A DNA stretch of 63,102 nt, counting the filler, from Octopus bimaculoides (lineage: Eukaryota): assembly GCF_001194135.2 (NCBI RefSeq). It is 5 parts of 5 records of this genome, joined end to end, with 100 filler letters (N's around TTAATTAATTAA, not from the genome) between each part and the next. Parts side by side here need not be neighbours in the genome. Positions count along the whole stretch, not along the records: positions 1 to 28,370 come from NC_068988.1; 4 more parts are not named here. One strand, given 5' to 3'. Position numbers and translations under genes: made by a program. Within the stretch, counting starts at the first letter, position 1. Every line of letters starts with the position of its first letter. The notes beneath the pieces are model-generated. The model had not been told where the DNA came from, ran no database searches, and saw only the letters and a program-made list of their open reading frames with translations. Below are positions 1 to 12,816 of the stretch, in pieces.

Positions 1-589
1 GTTGATACTTCTTGTGTAGCATCAATTTCAGTGGGGAGGTGTTATATGGACTGTTAGATATGTAATTCGTCTGACGTTCCGTGTGTCATGTGGTTCGTCT
101 GAGTTCATTGTTTCATTGTTGTTGTCTTGTGGGACTGTCGTAGTAAAAGGTCATTGATAGATATATGGCGGACATGACTTTTGTTAATTCATAACGAACA
201 TTGGGTGAGTGCGTTCTTTGTATGTAATTGAACAATAAATGTAATAATTAAATTGTATAACTCGTTATATTATCTCTGCGAGTCACCCGAGGGAAACATA
301 ACATGAAACATAAAGCAGCTCACTATAGCTTTATTTCAACTCAGAGTGTAGAAGATGGTCACTAAATTTGGTAAGGTATTTTTCTGTAATAATTCTAATC
401 ACCACTACTTTCTTTGTGGTCATTGTTCCATTTGTTGCAAACATTTGAACCAGGCCTCTAGAATGAGGATTTCTGTGAACTGTCCATGTATCATTACTCT
501 CTATATGTCTCCATGATACTGAAAAAATATTTCTAAATCTTCTCAGTCATTTGATAGCTTTTGTCAAACTTTTGAACCCATATGTAACT

Positions 590-1550
590 TCTTACATTCA
601 TGCAATCCATATATCATATTCTCTCTGAAGCTCAAATTTCACAACTCATATTCACTGTTCAGGATATATTCTCTATTGGAACTTCTCTCTTAAAGGTAGT
701 GTCTGTACATACACAGACTCCACTCTTCCTGTCTCTCACTTTTCTCATTTGGATTTCAACAACAATGGCTTCCAGTTGCACTGGTTCACCAGACTCCCTC
801 CGTTTCCAAATGCATTTTCTCCCTCTTTTGCTCTCCAAACTGCCCAAAACTGCCAGCAGTACTTAGGCTATATCTTATCCCATATTGAGAACATTTATTG
901 TAGCACTCTAAGGTCATCATATTGTATGACTTCAACTCTCACAGCTCCTCATGGCTCTCTCACACCTCATCCCACACTGATGTTGTTGGTGCAAAAGCTG
1001 AATCCTTTGCTATTCTCAGCACTTTTTGCACCAACTTGTTTTATCCTCCACTCAGATCTCAGACCATTAAGTAGACATGCCACTTGTCCATGGCAGCAAA
1101 GTGTTTCACTCCTGACCCTTCAAACTGCTCAGAGAGTGACTGAAGCCATTCTTCTAGGCAAGTCCCTTCACTTCTTATGCACAACAATCCCCCAGGTGGT
1201 TTATTCATTGCTGTGTTGCTGCTGTTCAGGCGAAAAACAAGGTTTACAAAATCTGGAGAATCTTACTCACTACCCAAAACTGTATGGAGTTCACCCAGCT
1301 TTGCAGCCCCTGTAAGACCTCTATCCACTTTGCAAAGGATACCTTTGAATTTCATATAACTGTTGAGCTTTCCAACCTCCCAAACTGCAGCCAATCCTTC
1401 TGGTCCCTAATCAAAAGGAGCTTCACCAACTTAGTAGAATCCTTGTTTCTTCCTTTTCTAAACAACAATAGCATCTCCGTAGAGAAAGCCACCTGCTTTG
1501 TTACTCACTTTGTATTTAACTCCACACTTCACACTGTTAATTTTTGAAAA
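590..1550 (+). mobile_element. Decayed CR1/Jockey-type LINE fragment (AP endonuclease and downstream region)
   Basis: Broken frames read HILSEAQIS, VIILYDFNSHSSSWLSHTSSHTDVVG (GDFN-like motif) and SQSFWSLIKR...EKATCFVTHFVFNSTL, which resemble LINE ORF2 segments. Many stops and frameshifts. Confidence 0.6.
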
Positions 1551-1594
1551 TACTGGAGTATTTTGTCAAATAATTGTTAATATTAAGCTGATGT

Positions 1595-1800
1595 AAGGTG
1601 GCAGGCTGGCAGAATCATTAGTATGCCAGGTAAAATGTGTAGTGGCATTTTGTCCACCTTCACAGTCTCTATTCAAGTTCTGCCAAGGTTGATTTGCCTT
1701 TCATCCTTTTAGGGGTCAATAAAATAAGTACCAGCTGAATACTGGGTCGATGTTATCGAAGTTCCCTGAAATTGCCATCCTTGATCCAAAATTTGAAACC
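1595..1800 (+). mobile_element. tRNA-derived SINE, family A (AAGGTGGCAGGCTGGCAGAA head)
   Basis: Homologous to copies at 2520, 30081 and 51758. Near-TSD tattaagct(g/a)atgt on both flanks. Confidence 0.7.
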
Positions 1801-2519
1801 AGTATTAAGCTAATGTTTTTGGACACAAGCTAATGTAAACTTTTAATGAAAAGTTTTCATTTAGATCACTGTGAAACAAGAAGTTTGTATCAGAATCAAT
1901 AGTGATCTCAGGCAGGTTGGTACCAAAAAGTTAAACCAGGTACAATTTGTAAATTTTAAATATTTTATCCAGAAAAATATGCTAAATCTTAGCATGAATT
2001 GATGATGTGCCAAGGTTCAATTTTATTTCATTGTATAAGTCCTCACCTTCTTTAGTAATATTCATAACAATTTTACAATGAAATCACTAAGTAATCCATG
2101 AAAATATGTAAAAAGACTCCTGCTGGATGGAATAATAGAAGAAAATATGAATAACACAAACCTTTGCAAAACTGAAAAATTAGCTTCTGTATGGTTAAAA
2201 TAATCTCGTTTTACAGGACTGTAGGGTTATTTGTAAAACATTTAGTGAAAGGAAATTTGATTGTTATTTCTAACAGCTTTTATGGTGATGTGGAAACCCC
2301 CTTGTTGGGTCCTATGAAACATGTTTTGCTAGCAAAACTAAACAAGCAGAGTTATGGTCCTTGCACATAATTACTGCATTTTGGGTCTTCACTGTGACTG
2401 GTTAGGTAGTGGTGGGAGGTAGCAGTAGGAATGGTGGAAATAACTGTAGTAGTTAGTGGTATGTGGTAGTAGTAAAAGTTAGTGATAGTACTAAGTAATG
2501 GTAATAAAGTAGTAGTGGT

Positions 2520-2705
2520 AAGGTGGCGAGTTGGCAGAAACAGCATGCCAGGCGAAATGCATAGTGGTATTTCGTCTGTCTTTACGTTCTGAGTTCAAAT
2601 TCCACAGGGTCAATAAATTAAGTACCAGTTGCATACTGGATCGATCTAATTGACTCCCCCCCCCCAAAAAAAAAACGGGGACCCTGTGCCTAGAGTAGAA
2701 AAGAA
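2520..2705 (+). mobile_element. SINE family A, internally deleted
   Basis: ggtggcgagttggcagaa...gttcaaattcc...aataaattaagtaccag...gtgcctagagtagaaaag matches the 51758-51968 copy in reverse. Confidence 0.7.
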
Positions 2706-3289
2706 TATAGTAGTTGTGGTGGTTGTGATGCTAGTTAGTGTCTTGTGATATCTTACATTCCAGCACACTGAAGAGAAATAGAAGAGTCCAGAAGTTCTGA
2801 TTTTCTTTGTTTCATTTCCAAGTGTTTTAAAATGTGAATGTTGATGGCTCTTTTTGTCTCGCTCTTCTATTGTTGAATCACTATCAAATTCCTTAAGAAC
2901 TGATAGTGCTAGGAAGCTAGTTAGGGTACCCTCTGTAACTTTTCTTTATTTAATACAGTTTCAGGTAATGGTACTACTGACCTTTCCATATGTTTGCACT
3001 GGTCAGAATTTTGATTTTAAGAGAGTGTCATAGCTGGACGAATGGTTTCCTTGATGCTTCCATACATAGTCCTGATACTCTTACTGGCAAAGATGTGTTC
3101 AATGGAGGAGCTTAACAGCAGCCCAACAGTTGTTGGCACATTTCCTGGTCATTCACTGACAATTAACTTTAGATTTTCTTTGTAAGTTTAAGTCTCTTGA
3201 GTTGGATTTTTCCTGGTTTGTGTTGTGCATTCTGTAACACAGAGATTGGCATCATACTAGTTAGTGCCATCTTTCTGTCTTCCCAAATA

Positions 3290-3700
3290 TTTCAATAGCA
3301 GACCAAAGTTTGATACAACTTTGCCAATGATAAGAGAGTGATCAGAAGCCCAGTTGGTGCTGTGACTGCTCTATGTTCTTATGACAATCACAAAATCCAG
3401 TAGGTGCCAGTGATGTCCTGGATACATTCATGAAACAAACACTATGCTTGTGTTTGTAATGCATGGGTTTTGACTGTTTTCATTCATTTCGTTTTCTCCT
3501 TGGTGGCTGATTCATATACAGGCCCGACATCATATACTGTGCCAACTCCCAGCATATGCAGATCTTCTCATCTCAGAAGCTATTCAATGGGTTCAGCAAC
3601 CTCACTGCAAAAATTGATCTTGATACCTGAGTTATTGTGAGGATAGAGACATTCAATTAGTACCTGTAATAGGTGGTTCTACTATTGATAAGAGAGATAT
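3290..3700 (-). mobile_element. Decayed RTE-like LINE endonuclease fragment
   Basis: Minus strand reads HHWHLLDFVIV...WASDHSLIIGKV (AP endonuclease C-terminal SDH motif) with stops. Confidence 0.5.
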
Positions 3701-4759
3701 CTTTACTACATACACAACATCATACACTTGTCTATAATACTGGTCCCTATCTTTTTCAGAAGGATAGTTTGTCTTATAATAATCCAACAGGTCTCTTGGA
3801 TTATGACTGTGTTCATATTTAATCTTCCAAATTCAGTCTCATTTATAATAAACCATCATTCACAAGTCTTATAATTTGGATTGTGGCTAATTTTACATTT
3901 AGTCTTCCAAGTTCAGCATCAATAACAACTATTTTGTGTCTGTCATTGATTAGTTTCAGATCACTGGACAATAATAGTTCTAACATTTCAGCTTCCTGAA
4001 ATAGCTGGAAACTTATTTGAATTTTTGCATGTAATGTTTGGTACTAGTGTCCAGTTGTCAAACTCAAACACTTGAGGGTCCTTATATCCAAAGAAGCTGC
4101 CAGACCATTTCAGATTTGACATCATTGGCTGGAACTTGCCCATGGAAATAGCATATGGCAACCTACTTTATAACAATTCAGACAGGACTTGTAGTGTGTG
4201 ACTGATGTCTTGCATGTGTTTTTATTCTACAATGATGGAGTACCTTCTCCATGGTGAGAAAAGAAAGAGTGATAGGAAGAAAACAAAAAAGAATCTGAGT
4301 AGATCTTGATGCAGGGGGAAACCAGAACAGAAGAAAATGCAGGTATTATAACTGGTCTACTTTGGTTGCAGAAGTTGTCAGAAAAATTGCCAAGTATCTA
4401 TACTTCTTATGGGGATCCAAGCTGATGTTTCTGTCAAGGTTTGGCTTTATGCTATCTCATAAAGGCTATCTCATAGCCTTTATAACAACCAGCTTTGCTG
4501 AATCCGACAAAATATCACAACATGGAAGTTGATTCGCCTACTCATTAGCTATTTATTTGTAACAATCTCACACATGAGTGTTGTAGTTATTAATAGCAAT
4601 AATCATTGGAAAGATCACCTTATGATATAACTGGTATTTGTATTTGTATGTACTTGAAGTATGAAATACAAAATTTATCATGAACAGATTCGAGATGAAA
4701 ATATTGAAAGGACTAAACTAAATCCTTTAGTTTAATTCTTTCAATATTCAGTAAGACAT

Positions 4760-5100
4760 TTAGAGTGGGCACAACAGACACTCATTATTGTAGGTGATTA
4801 CAATAATGGTGATTATACTAATGATAGTAATTATAGTGATGTTGATGGTAAGTATGGCAGTGGTAGAAATTCTTGTGATAATATCCAAATAAATAATGGC
4901 GACATTGATAAGGATTGTTTTGGTAGTAATTATAATACTGATAAGGGTGTTGTTGGTAGTGTTGATGATGGAAATGTTATGGGAACAGTGATAATTATAA
5001 TGACGGAGATAATGTTGATAATGTGACTTAATGATAGTTGGAATGATGGAGATTATGTTGATAATGTAGATGATAATGTTTATGATAATATTGGTAATAA
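4760..5100. repeat. Degenerate trinucleotide (ATA/ATG/GTA) microsatellite in the last phnX intron
   Basis: 3-nt periodicity. Produces the spurious Ile/Thr-rich ORF 4760-5173. Confidence 0.7.
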
Positions 5101-5133
5101 CCCATATCATTTGGTAATTTCTTTCTTGTACAG

Positions 5134-5633
5134 GAACTGCAGAGACAATGCAAAAACTTCGGAAAGACTTCAATATTAAGATTGGTAGTACGACTGGTTA
5201 TGTACGTTCCATGGTAGATATTGTTTTGGCAGATGTAGCAAAACAAGGTTTCAGACCAGATGTTACAGTGGCTGGTGATGAAGTGATCAATGGATGCCGT
5301 CCCAAACCATTTATGATTTATCGTAATATGGATCTTTTAGATATCCATCCTATTCAATCTGTGATAAAAGTCGATGATACAGCTTCAGGTATTGCTGAAG
5401 CACTGGAGGCTGGTTGTTGGGGTATTGGTGTGAGCAAATACAGTAATTATATGAACATCAACAGTCTTGAACAAGAGGTAGAGCTCACTGAAGAGGCTCT
5501 TGAACAGCGTTTGGAACATTCACGAATTATTCTACGTAACAGTGGGGCACACTATGTTATAGATTCTGTTGCGGATTTACCAAAAGTAGTTGATGATATT
5601 AATAGAAGACTAAGTCAGGGAGAAAAACCTTGA
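5134..5633 (+). CDS. phnX: Terminal coding exon of phosphonoacetaldehyde hydrolase (phosphonatase, HAD family); upstream exons not found in window
   Basis: Acceptor tttctttcttgtacag|GA (phase 1). Frame (G)TAETMQKLRKDFNIKIGSTTGY...GCRPKPFM...KVDDTASGIAEALEAGCWGIGV...GAHYVIDSVADLPKVVDDINRRLSQGEKP* matches the PhnX C-terminal ~60% (HAD motif II STTG, RP motif, motif IV KVDDT, GAHYVID, GE(K/R)P terminus). TGA at 5631-5633; AATAAA at 5886. Confidence 0.92.
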
Positions 5634-8312
5634 CCTCTTATTGGCTTTACTAACTCAAAATGGTTTTGTTTTATGGTTTTTCATTTTATATCATCACCAT
5701 ACTCTTGTTCTGACAAACAGGATAAAAAAGATGATTTGGGTTTGTTTTTTCAAAAAGAATTTGTTTTCCATTTACTCTTTAATGATGAAAAACAAGAATG
5801 AAAGAAATTTAGTTTTGTCTCTTAATCTCAGGAATATGTTTGACTCCAAAGAGTTGGAAGCATTTTTTACAAAAATTGATTTTCGAATAAAATCAAACTT
5901 TATCTTTGTTGTTGAGTATCTCACTTATTTAAACAAAACTAGGTGTGTCTTAATTTAGATAAAACAAGTGTTTGCTCACACTTGTCATTATTCTTGATGG
6001 TGAGTTTTAACAAATTAACAAAAATAAGTAAAATGAAATGTTTAAAAAAAGATTTAATGCTGTGCATGTATGTGTGTGCCTTTTGCTGATGCATATCAGT
6101 AAAGTGTAAAAAAAATAATAGGTGCCTTATAAAGAGTTTCTTAGAGATATTTTTTACTGTATGAACATTCCCTTAGCAGCATTGCTATCATAAATATCAG
6201 TGAACCAGTGACTGGTATGTTAGAAACTTATAACTAACATATTTATCATTCAGTAATTGCTATCTAAAACAAATATATAAATAAATTTACTTGATGATAT
6301 AGGGTTGTCACCACGGCAACAACAATAAAATCTCAATGAGGGCAGTAATGGTAGTTTAGAGATTTACTTTATTTTATTAGCTGTCAGTGATTAAGCTACT
6401 CAAATTGGAATCTGTAGTTGCATGAGGGTGAGAAGGTAAAACCCAAGTTTCACATCAGCAACTAATTAATTGAAGGTACATTAAGCTGGTATGTGCAAAG
6501 CTTTGTTAAACTGGAATAGATAAACAGCAAACGTAATACAAATTAAAACACAAGCCACATTTGTCACCTATATATATGTCATCACATATGTAATACTCTT
6601 GGCTGGTATCAGGGCATACAATGAAACCAATGTGAATAAGGAAACCCTTGCCATTGTCACAGTATCTTTCTAGGAGAGGGACACTGATATAAATTTTGTG
6701 GTTTCACATGATTATTAGCCATTTAACTTCGACCTGCCACTAGGTAATAATCATGGACACTCAGTAAGTGGTACTCAAGTTGTACATGCATTTGCAATCC
6801 AGTGATATACAGATGTCTCTTTATGGTAACCTCATTTGTCATTTTATCTACTGAAAGTCCTATGGTGATAGAAGAGTGGTGGCCTATGCAGACTTAACCA
6901 GTTGGAAGCACACAGTAAATATCAACTTCTGTCTTTCACCTTTGATTCAAACCATGCAGATCTGCAACAGGGTGACAATGAGAAATCATCTGTGAAGATG
7001 GAACAATCACCATGAATGTATATATGTTTATATGTATGTATCCATGCATGCACGTGTGTAGTGAATGAGGGAAGCTTGGTCTGTAATATCTGCAGATGTG
7101 TATGTTTGTCAAGACCTGAGCTCATTTGTCATCAGCAGAGCCACACACATTTGAGTTCATAATGTTCTTAATGGTCAGTGATGGGCTTCTTTGATCACGA
7201 GTGGACAGCCATCATCACATCATCAATGTAACAGCTAGAGTTGGTTTGTTCAAGTGTAGCAAATATTGTTACTACTGCTGTCCAATATTATCATCTGGTT
7301 GGACAACTTTCTAATAAGGTGAAAGATCACTTTTATTATTTGATTGCCATACCATCTCTATGTAAATAATTAATCCATAATTAATCTGCATTGGGACAAC
7401 AATAGTTGACTGATAGGTAATGAGGTGTATTTTGCAGATTCATGGAAAAGAAAAAGAAATATAAGAGGAAATATTTGGAATGGTGACTAAAAGAGTTATT
7501 TGGAAGAAACAGTGGAGCAGTTGATTGAAAGTATCGAAGGATCTTATCGGTTTGGCACAATAATACACTTGCCCAAACTGAATTGCTGGAGTTATTTCAT
7601 TTTTTCCAGAAAAATGTTTTAAAAAAGTTATAGAGGTTTAAAGTTTGATCATTTTCATCCTGTAGCAAGATGAGTAGCAAAGGCTGTTGTTGAGGTAGCA
7701 GATAAAATAGGCATGTGGACGACATCAAAATAAAACTGGGAAAGTATCGGATTGTGGTTTAAATAATTTATTTAATCGACACTTGCATTTACGTGTTGTA
7801 TACACAAGGAAATCCACTACATGACATTACCAACTTGCTTCAAGTTGACAAAGTAAAAAATAAACAGGAGAAATACTGTGTCGATGTGATGAGGTAAAAC
7901 CAGGCATGTTTTGTGTCTGTGTATGCATTGGTCATTCAGTCGTGTCTATGTTCTGCTACTGTGTTTGGTTGTTCATGCTGAATATGTGGTTCTGTGTTGG
8001 CTGCTTGACTGGCGCAAGTTAACTGTTGCCTGTCAACTATTTGTTTGCCTCTTGCAGGCTATCTCTTGTCTCTTGACTGTTTGCCTATTGATGGCTATCT
8101 CTGATTATCTGTCATGTGTGTGGCTGTATTTATAATTGTCATCCCAGCTAGAAGGGCAGACATACCACAGGACTAATTTCTACCTATATAGGTCGCCTCC
8201 TATCCACTTGAACCTTAAATGAAACAGCTCAGGTCAGAGGTCAAAGAGAAATCCATCTATCACCTTTTGACAGGACAAAGAAATTTCTTTCGCGCCTGTT
8301 TGGCCAGTGTCT

Positions 8313-8660
8313 GGAAACTCATGTCTGGAAACCTCGTGACATACTTAGATTATTAAAAAAATTGATAATACAGTCCCTGGAAGGGATCTTTATATCTACC
8401 TCATATAACTATTTTTTTTAAACACCCAAGGGAAATAACCCATAGCATCAGCGTAATATCTTTTTAAACACTCAAGGGAAATAACCCATAGCACCTGCTA
8501 TCAATATTTGATTCTCATGATCAGCGGACCTAATTCTGCATTTCATTACTCAGTTTTCAACTGCTAAACCTTATTATTGCACTTTCTTGATGCATGTACA
8601 CTTTCAATGTCCATAAATCAGATAATCAGACAAGTGAAAATTTTTAGATTCGGTTTCGAA
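8313..8660 (+). repeat. Dispersed repeat copy (same family as 20355-21540)
   Basis: Shares gaaactcatgtctggaaacctcgtgac...aagggaaataacccatagca (twice)...tcagcggacctaattctgcatttcattactca with 20450 and 21140. Confidence 0.8.
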
Positions 8661-9553
8661 TCTTAGCTTGGAAAAAGGAAGTGTTAGTTTTTAACACTAC
8701 TCCCCCCCACCACCTTCTAGTGAGAAAGCCACAGAGATTGAATAATACAGATGTGTATGATATTGAAAATGTGTAATTTTGTGTGTAATGCAGAAAAATG
8801 GATATAGTATCATTTACAAATGAATACATATCAAATATATGTGAAGCAAAAGAAATGTAAAGCAAAATATGTTATGCAATATATGTTAGGCAATGTGTGT
8901 ATGTCTAGGCAGAATCATAAATGTAATATGCTGGCGTGTTGAAAGAGATTGGCAACTCTATTGATCAGTGGCGTGGAGAACAAGTGATAGCACACATGAA
9001 AATATGAATGATGCAAGAGTGTGTAAGCATACAGGTGTGATGTAGAGAGCAAAACAATTTTAAAACAAAGCAAAACATGTGTATGCAAGAAATGTAATTT
9101 TACAGAAAAATGAAAATGTTCATGGAAGAAGTTCATTGGTGAAATGTTCAGCCAGATCAATTAGCAGAACAATGTTCATAAAAATGTTTTTCATTGATAT
9201 AGAAAAATGTTGTTTTTTTTTTAAAACAAAATGTTCTTTGTTTTGTTTTGGTTTTGTTATGTCTCAACACTACTGCTATCTAGCACCTTCGGCTGATCTC
9301 TCCTCAACCGCTACTCAACAATTTCTTTTATTTCCTAATAAATAGGATACATAGAGGGGACGAACTAGGACAGACAAAAAAGGAACATATAGATCGTTGA
9401 GCGTTTTTACAGATGATTTAATGAATGATTTTTATATGAGAATAATATATTATAATATGATGATGTTATTGTTTCAAAAATTTGATTACTTTTAGGTTGA
9501 GGATGTACCTCTAACCCGCCGGTTGATTTTTTGTTTTTCCATTTCTTTTCTTT

Positions 9554-10370
9554 CTATGCCCGGTCCGACCGTGTTGGCATGGCCCCTTGCATACACAACT
9601 TTCTTACGACATCCTTCCATCTTTTTGCAAATACTCTTTGCGACAAGCTCCTCTCCAGACGGATCTTGGAAACAAGATGGGCGGTGAAGTAGTTCACCAG
9701 CCCTCGTCTGGAGATGAGCTGTCCTGTCGCAATTCCTTCCGAACGCGTCCTCCATACCGTTTCTTTCAATATGGTTATTACACAGAAAAATGCTGCCTTC
9801 CTCTCTTTGGAAAAGGAGGAAGGCGGTACCATCTTAATCATGGACTCAGTTGAGAGTCGTACTTCTGCATCTGACATCAGTTGTTCAGCATAGATTATCA
9901 AATCACTCAGCTCCCCACAGTGTACGAAGGTGTGCATCACTGTTTCACTGGCCCGCCCACACCTCGGACATGTGGGGGAGGTGTCACAACCGTGTCTCGA
10001 CAATCTTTCCCGAACCAGTAAGGCCGATCGGTAGCACAGCCAGGCCAAGGATTTTTGGTAATTATCCAGGAGTCCCGACCCGAAGGTCTTCCCGAACAGG
10101 CTGGTTAGCTGCTTCTTGTCGAAGCCCAGAGTCTCCCCCAGGATATCATCAGACTTAAGCTCTACCAACCCACTATAAATATCCGCTGTGGTAACCCTGC
10201 TGCTAGCATTGCTCATTCGAGAGAAGAGGGAGAACGCTTGTTTGCACTCCACCTGCCATTCCCCCGTCTTGGGTCTTCGTCTGATCCATGCTCCTAAGTC
10301 CCTCAGGGACCCATACTTTGGGAAATCCTGCTCGGCAAGCGTTGACCACACCTGCTCACCATCCAGGTGG
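9554..10370 (-). pseudogene. LINE ORF2 C-terminus with CCHC zinc finger
   Basis: LAWLCYRSALLVRERLSRHGCDTSPTCPRCGRASETVMHTFVHC (zf-RVT-like). Confidence 0.85.
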
Positions 10371-10467
10371 CNNNNNNNNNNNNNNNNNNNNNNNNNNNNN
10401 NNNNNNNNNNNNNNNNNNNNNNNNNNNNNNNNNNNNNNNNNNGTTAGGCAGTAGGTTATCACAGATG

Positions 10468-11299
10468 CTATGAACACCTGTGCAACCTCTGCCCTTCCCA
10501 ACAAGGATAACCTCCTCCCAGACCACTCTGGGCTATGGCTGTCACCTTGCTCGCCACCTCACTCCAGTTCTTCTCTACCTGGAGGTCCGGTCCAAACCAG
10601 ACCCCGAGCATTTTAACCGGGCCCTCCGTCCAGCGCCCGTCGACCCCGTTGGGAGGCATCGACTTGCCTCTCCAGGTGCCGAGTTGCAAGCCGACTGATT
10701 TTCCCTGGTTAATTTTCGCCCCTGCTACCGTCTCGTATCCTTTGATGGCGTCCTTTAAGCGAGGTAGACGCCCTTCATCTGACACGATGATGGTGACGTC
10801 ATCCGCGTATGCCGTCACGTTTCTTCCGTTACAAAGATCATGCGGGTCCGCCCCCACGTCCCTCAACTTCCGCAGTAATGGCTCGAGCGCCAACACGTAC
10901 AGAATCGGAGACAGGGGGCAGCCCTGACGAACCGAACGCTTAATCATGAAGGGGTTCGAAAGGAATCCATTCACCCGTTGTCAACCCTATCGAACGCCTT
11001 AGACTGCTCCAAATTCACCAGTGCCCCACCGTTGCCATGCATTTTACCCACCCGCTCTATGGTGTAGCGAATGAGGTGAAGGTTGTCTTGTATCGTCCTT
11101 CCTGGGATGGCGCATGTCTGTGCCTCCCCCACCAGGTCACCCACGACAACCTTAACTCTCTTTCCGAGCACCTTGGCCAAAATCTTTAACTCTGTGTTTA
11201 ACAGAGTTATGGGCCTAAAGTTATTAACGTTATCCCCCTTGCTTGGGTCCTTCCTGACCAGTGTCACCACTCCTCGGCTCACAGCTTTGGGAATCCTCC
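10468..11299 (-). pseudogene. LINE reverse transcriptase domain, frameshifted near 10974
   Basis: NFRPITLLNTELKILAK, LEQSKAFDRV, SVRQGCPLSPILY, AYADDVT motifs. Confidence 0.92.
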
Positions 11300-11692
11300 N
11301 NNNNNNNNNNNNNNNNNNNNNNNNNNNNNNNNNNNNNNNNNNNNNNNNNNNNNNNNNNNNNNNNNNNNNNNNNNNNNNNNNNNNNNNNNNNNNNNNNNNN
11401 NNNNNNNNNNNNNNNNNNNNNNNNNNNNNNNNNNNNNNNNNNNNNNNNNNNNNNNNNNNNNNNNNNNNNNNNNNNNNNNNNNNNNNNNNNNNNNNNNNNN
11501 NNNNNNNNNNNNNNNNNNNNNNNNNNNNNNNNNNNNNNNNNNNNNNNNNNNNNNNNNNNNNNNNNNNNNNNNNNNNNNNNNNNNNNNNNNNNNNNNNNNN
11601 NNNNNNNNNNNNNNNNNNNNNNNNTGTCCGGACTCATCTGTCAAAGACCCGATCGTAGTATCGATGCCACGACGGGTTTCTTCCAAGCGAGC

Positions 11693-12778
11693 CTATCTAG
11701 CAACATTGATAACTTCACGGCCCATTGCACGTGTCCTAGCTCGGACTCTGCACCCTTCGTGTTTGGCATTGAGGTGTCGGTCCAGTGCCGATCTCGCCGC
11801 CAACACTTGTGACGCAGAGCCCGTTCTCAATACCTCGTCTAATGCCTTAACTAAATCCCTTTCTATTCTAGTCTGTTCTAGAATTAACTGTTTGCTAAAT
11901 CTAATTGACTCAAATTGAAGGGCTCTTTTGAGGGCGCTCCACCACCGGTTGTTGATAACAGCGCCGGTAAGTGCCCTCTTCACTAACTCCTTAATCTGGC
12001 TACGGTAAGCCTTGCAATCCAATGAAGTATTGTTCAACTTCCAGTAGCCAGATCTCTGTCTATGTATCTTATCTATAATCACCCTACACGTCACTAACTT
12101 GTGATCTGTGTAGGGTACATATGTAAATTGTAGACAACTGAAACTGTGACTATCTCTAGTGCTTACCATTATCCTGTCTATGTAAGACCTGACCATTCCG
12201 TCACTTCTTGTCCAGGTCCACACTGGCGTGTTCGGGTGGTCAAGCCTGTATCGATCTGCCAGCCTGAAACGCTTCAGCAAATCGATGAGGCAAGAGTTTC
12301 CTTTTCTATCGGTTGAGCTCACGCTATCCAGGCGTGCATCCAGTATAGCGTTGAAGTCACCTAGTACCACTAGTGTCTTTGATGTTACCAGGAAATTCTC
12401 CAGGCGTTGAAAGAAGCCAACCCGTTTGCCTGTATTACTAGGCGCGTAGATGCCCACTAGCCTGAAGGCCTTACCACTGTATTTTACATCCAGAACGACC
12501 AACTTGCCTTCTGGGCCCACGAAGATTGTACTTACCTGCATGACCAAGCTTTTACGGATCAAGACAGCCACCCCTCTGCTCCCTCCCTCTCGGCTAGGAG
12601 AAATTATTTTCTCGTAGCCGTTCAGGAGTGCAGAGAAGGCCTGTAGCTTGTCCAGCTTGGTCTCTGTAACAACCATCACATCTATAACATCTGACCTGAG
12701 GTCGTCGAGGAGGCACGCCTGCTTCCTCTTCGAGTTCAGGCCACGCACATTCAAACAAGCAACATCCAACGCAATCAT
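11693..12778 (-). pseudogene. LINE ORF2 AP endonuclease domain (premature stop at 11693)
   Basis: CLNVRGLN, VTETKL, GIYAPS, VLGDFNAILD, SYIDRIMV, YTDHKLV motifs, followed by SGYWKLNNTSL (L1/Tx1-type linker). Confidence 0.92.
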
Positions 12779-12816
12779 TACGAGTCATAGAAAAAAAGAA
12801 AGTTACTTACCCTCAT

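Noticed and set aside
5134-5633. Bacterial contamination as the source of phnX
   Set aside because: Canonical phase-1 splice acceptor, host-like AT content, no operon neighbours, and continuous with SINE-bearing DNA.
6307-6320. X-box-like GTCACCACGGCAAC
   Set aside because: Central AT is replaced by AC and no adjacent gene is evident.
7150-7300. Minus-strand CYIDDVMM resembling a Gypsy RT active site
   Set aside because: Flanking residues do not convincingly match; isolated motif.
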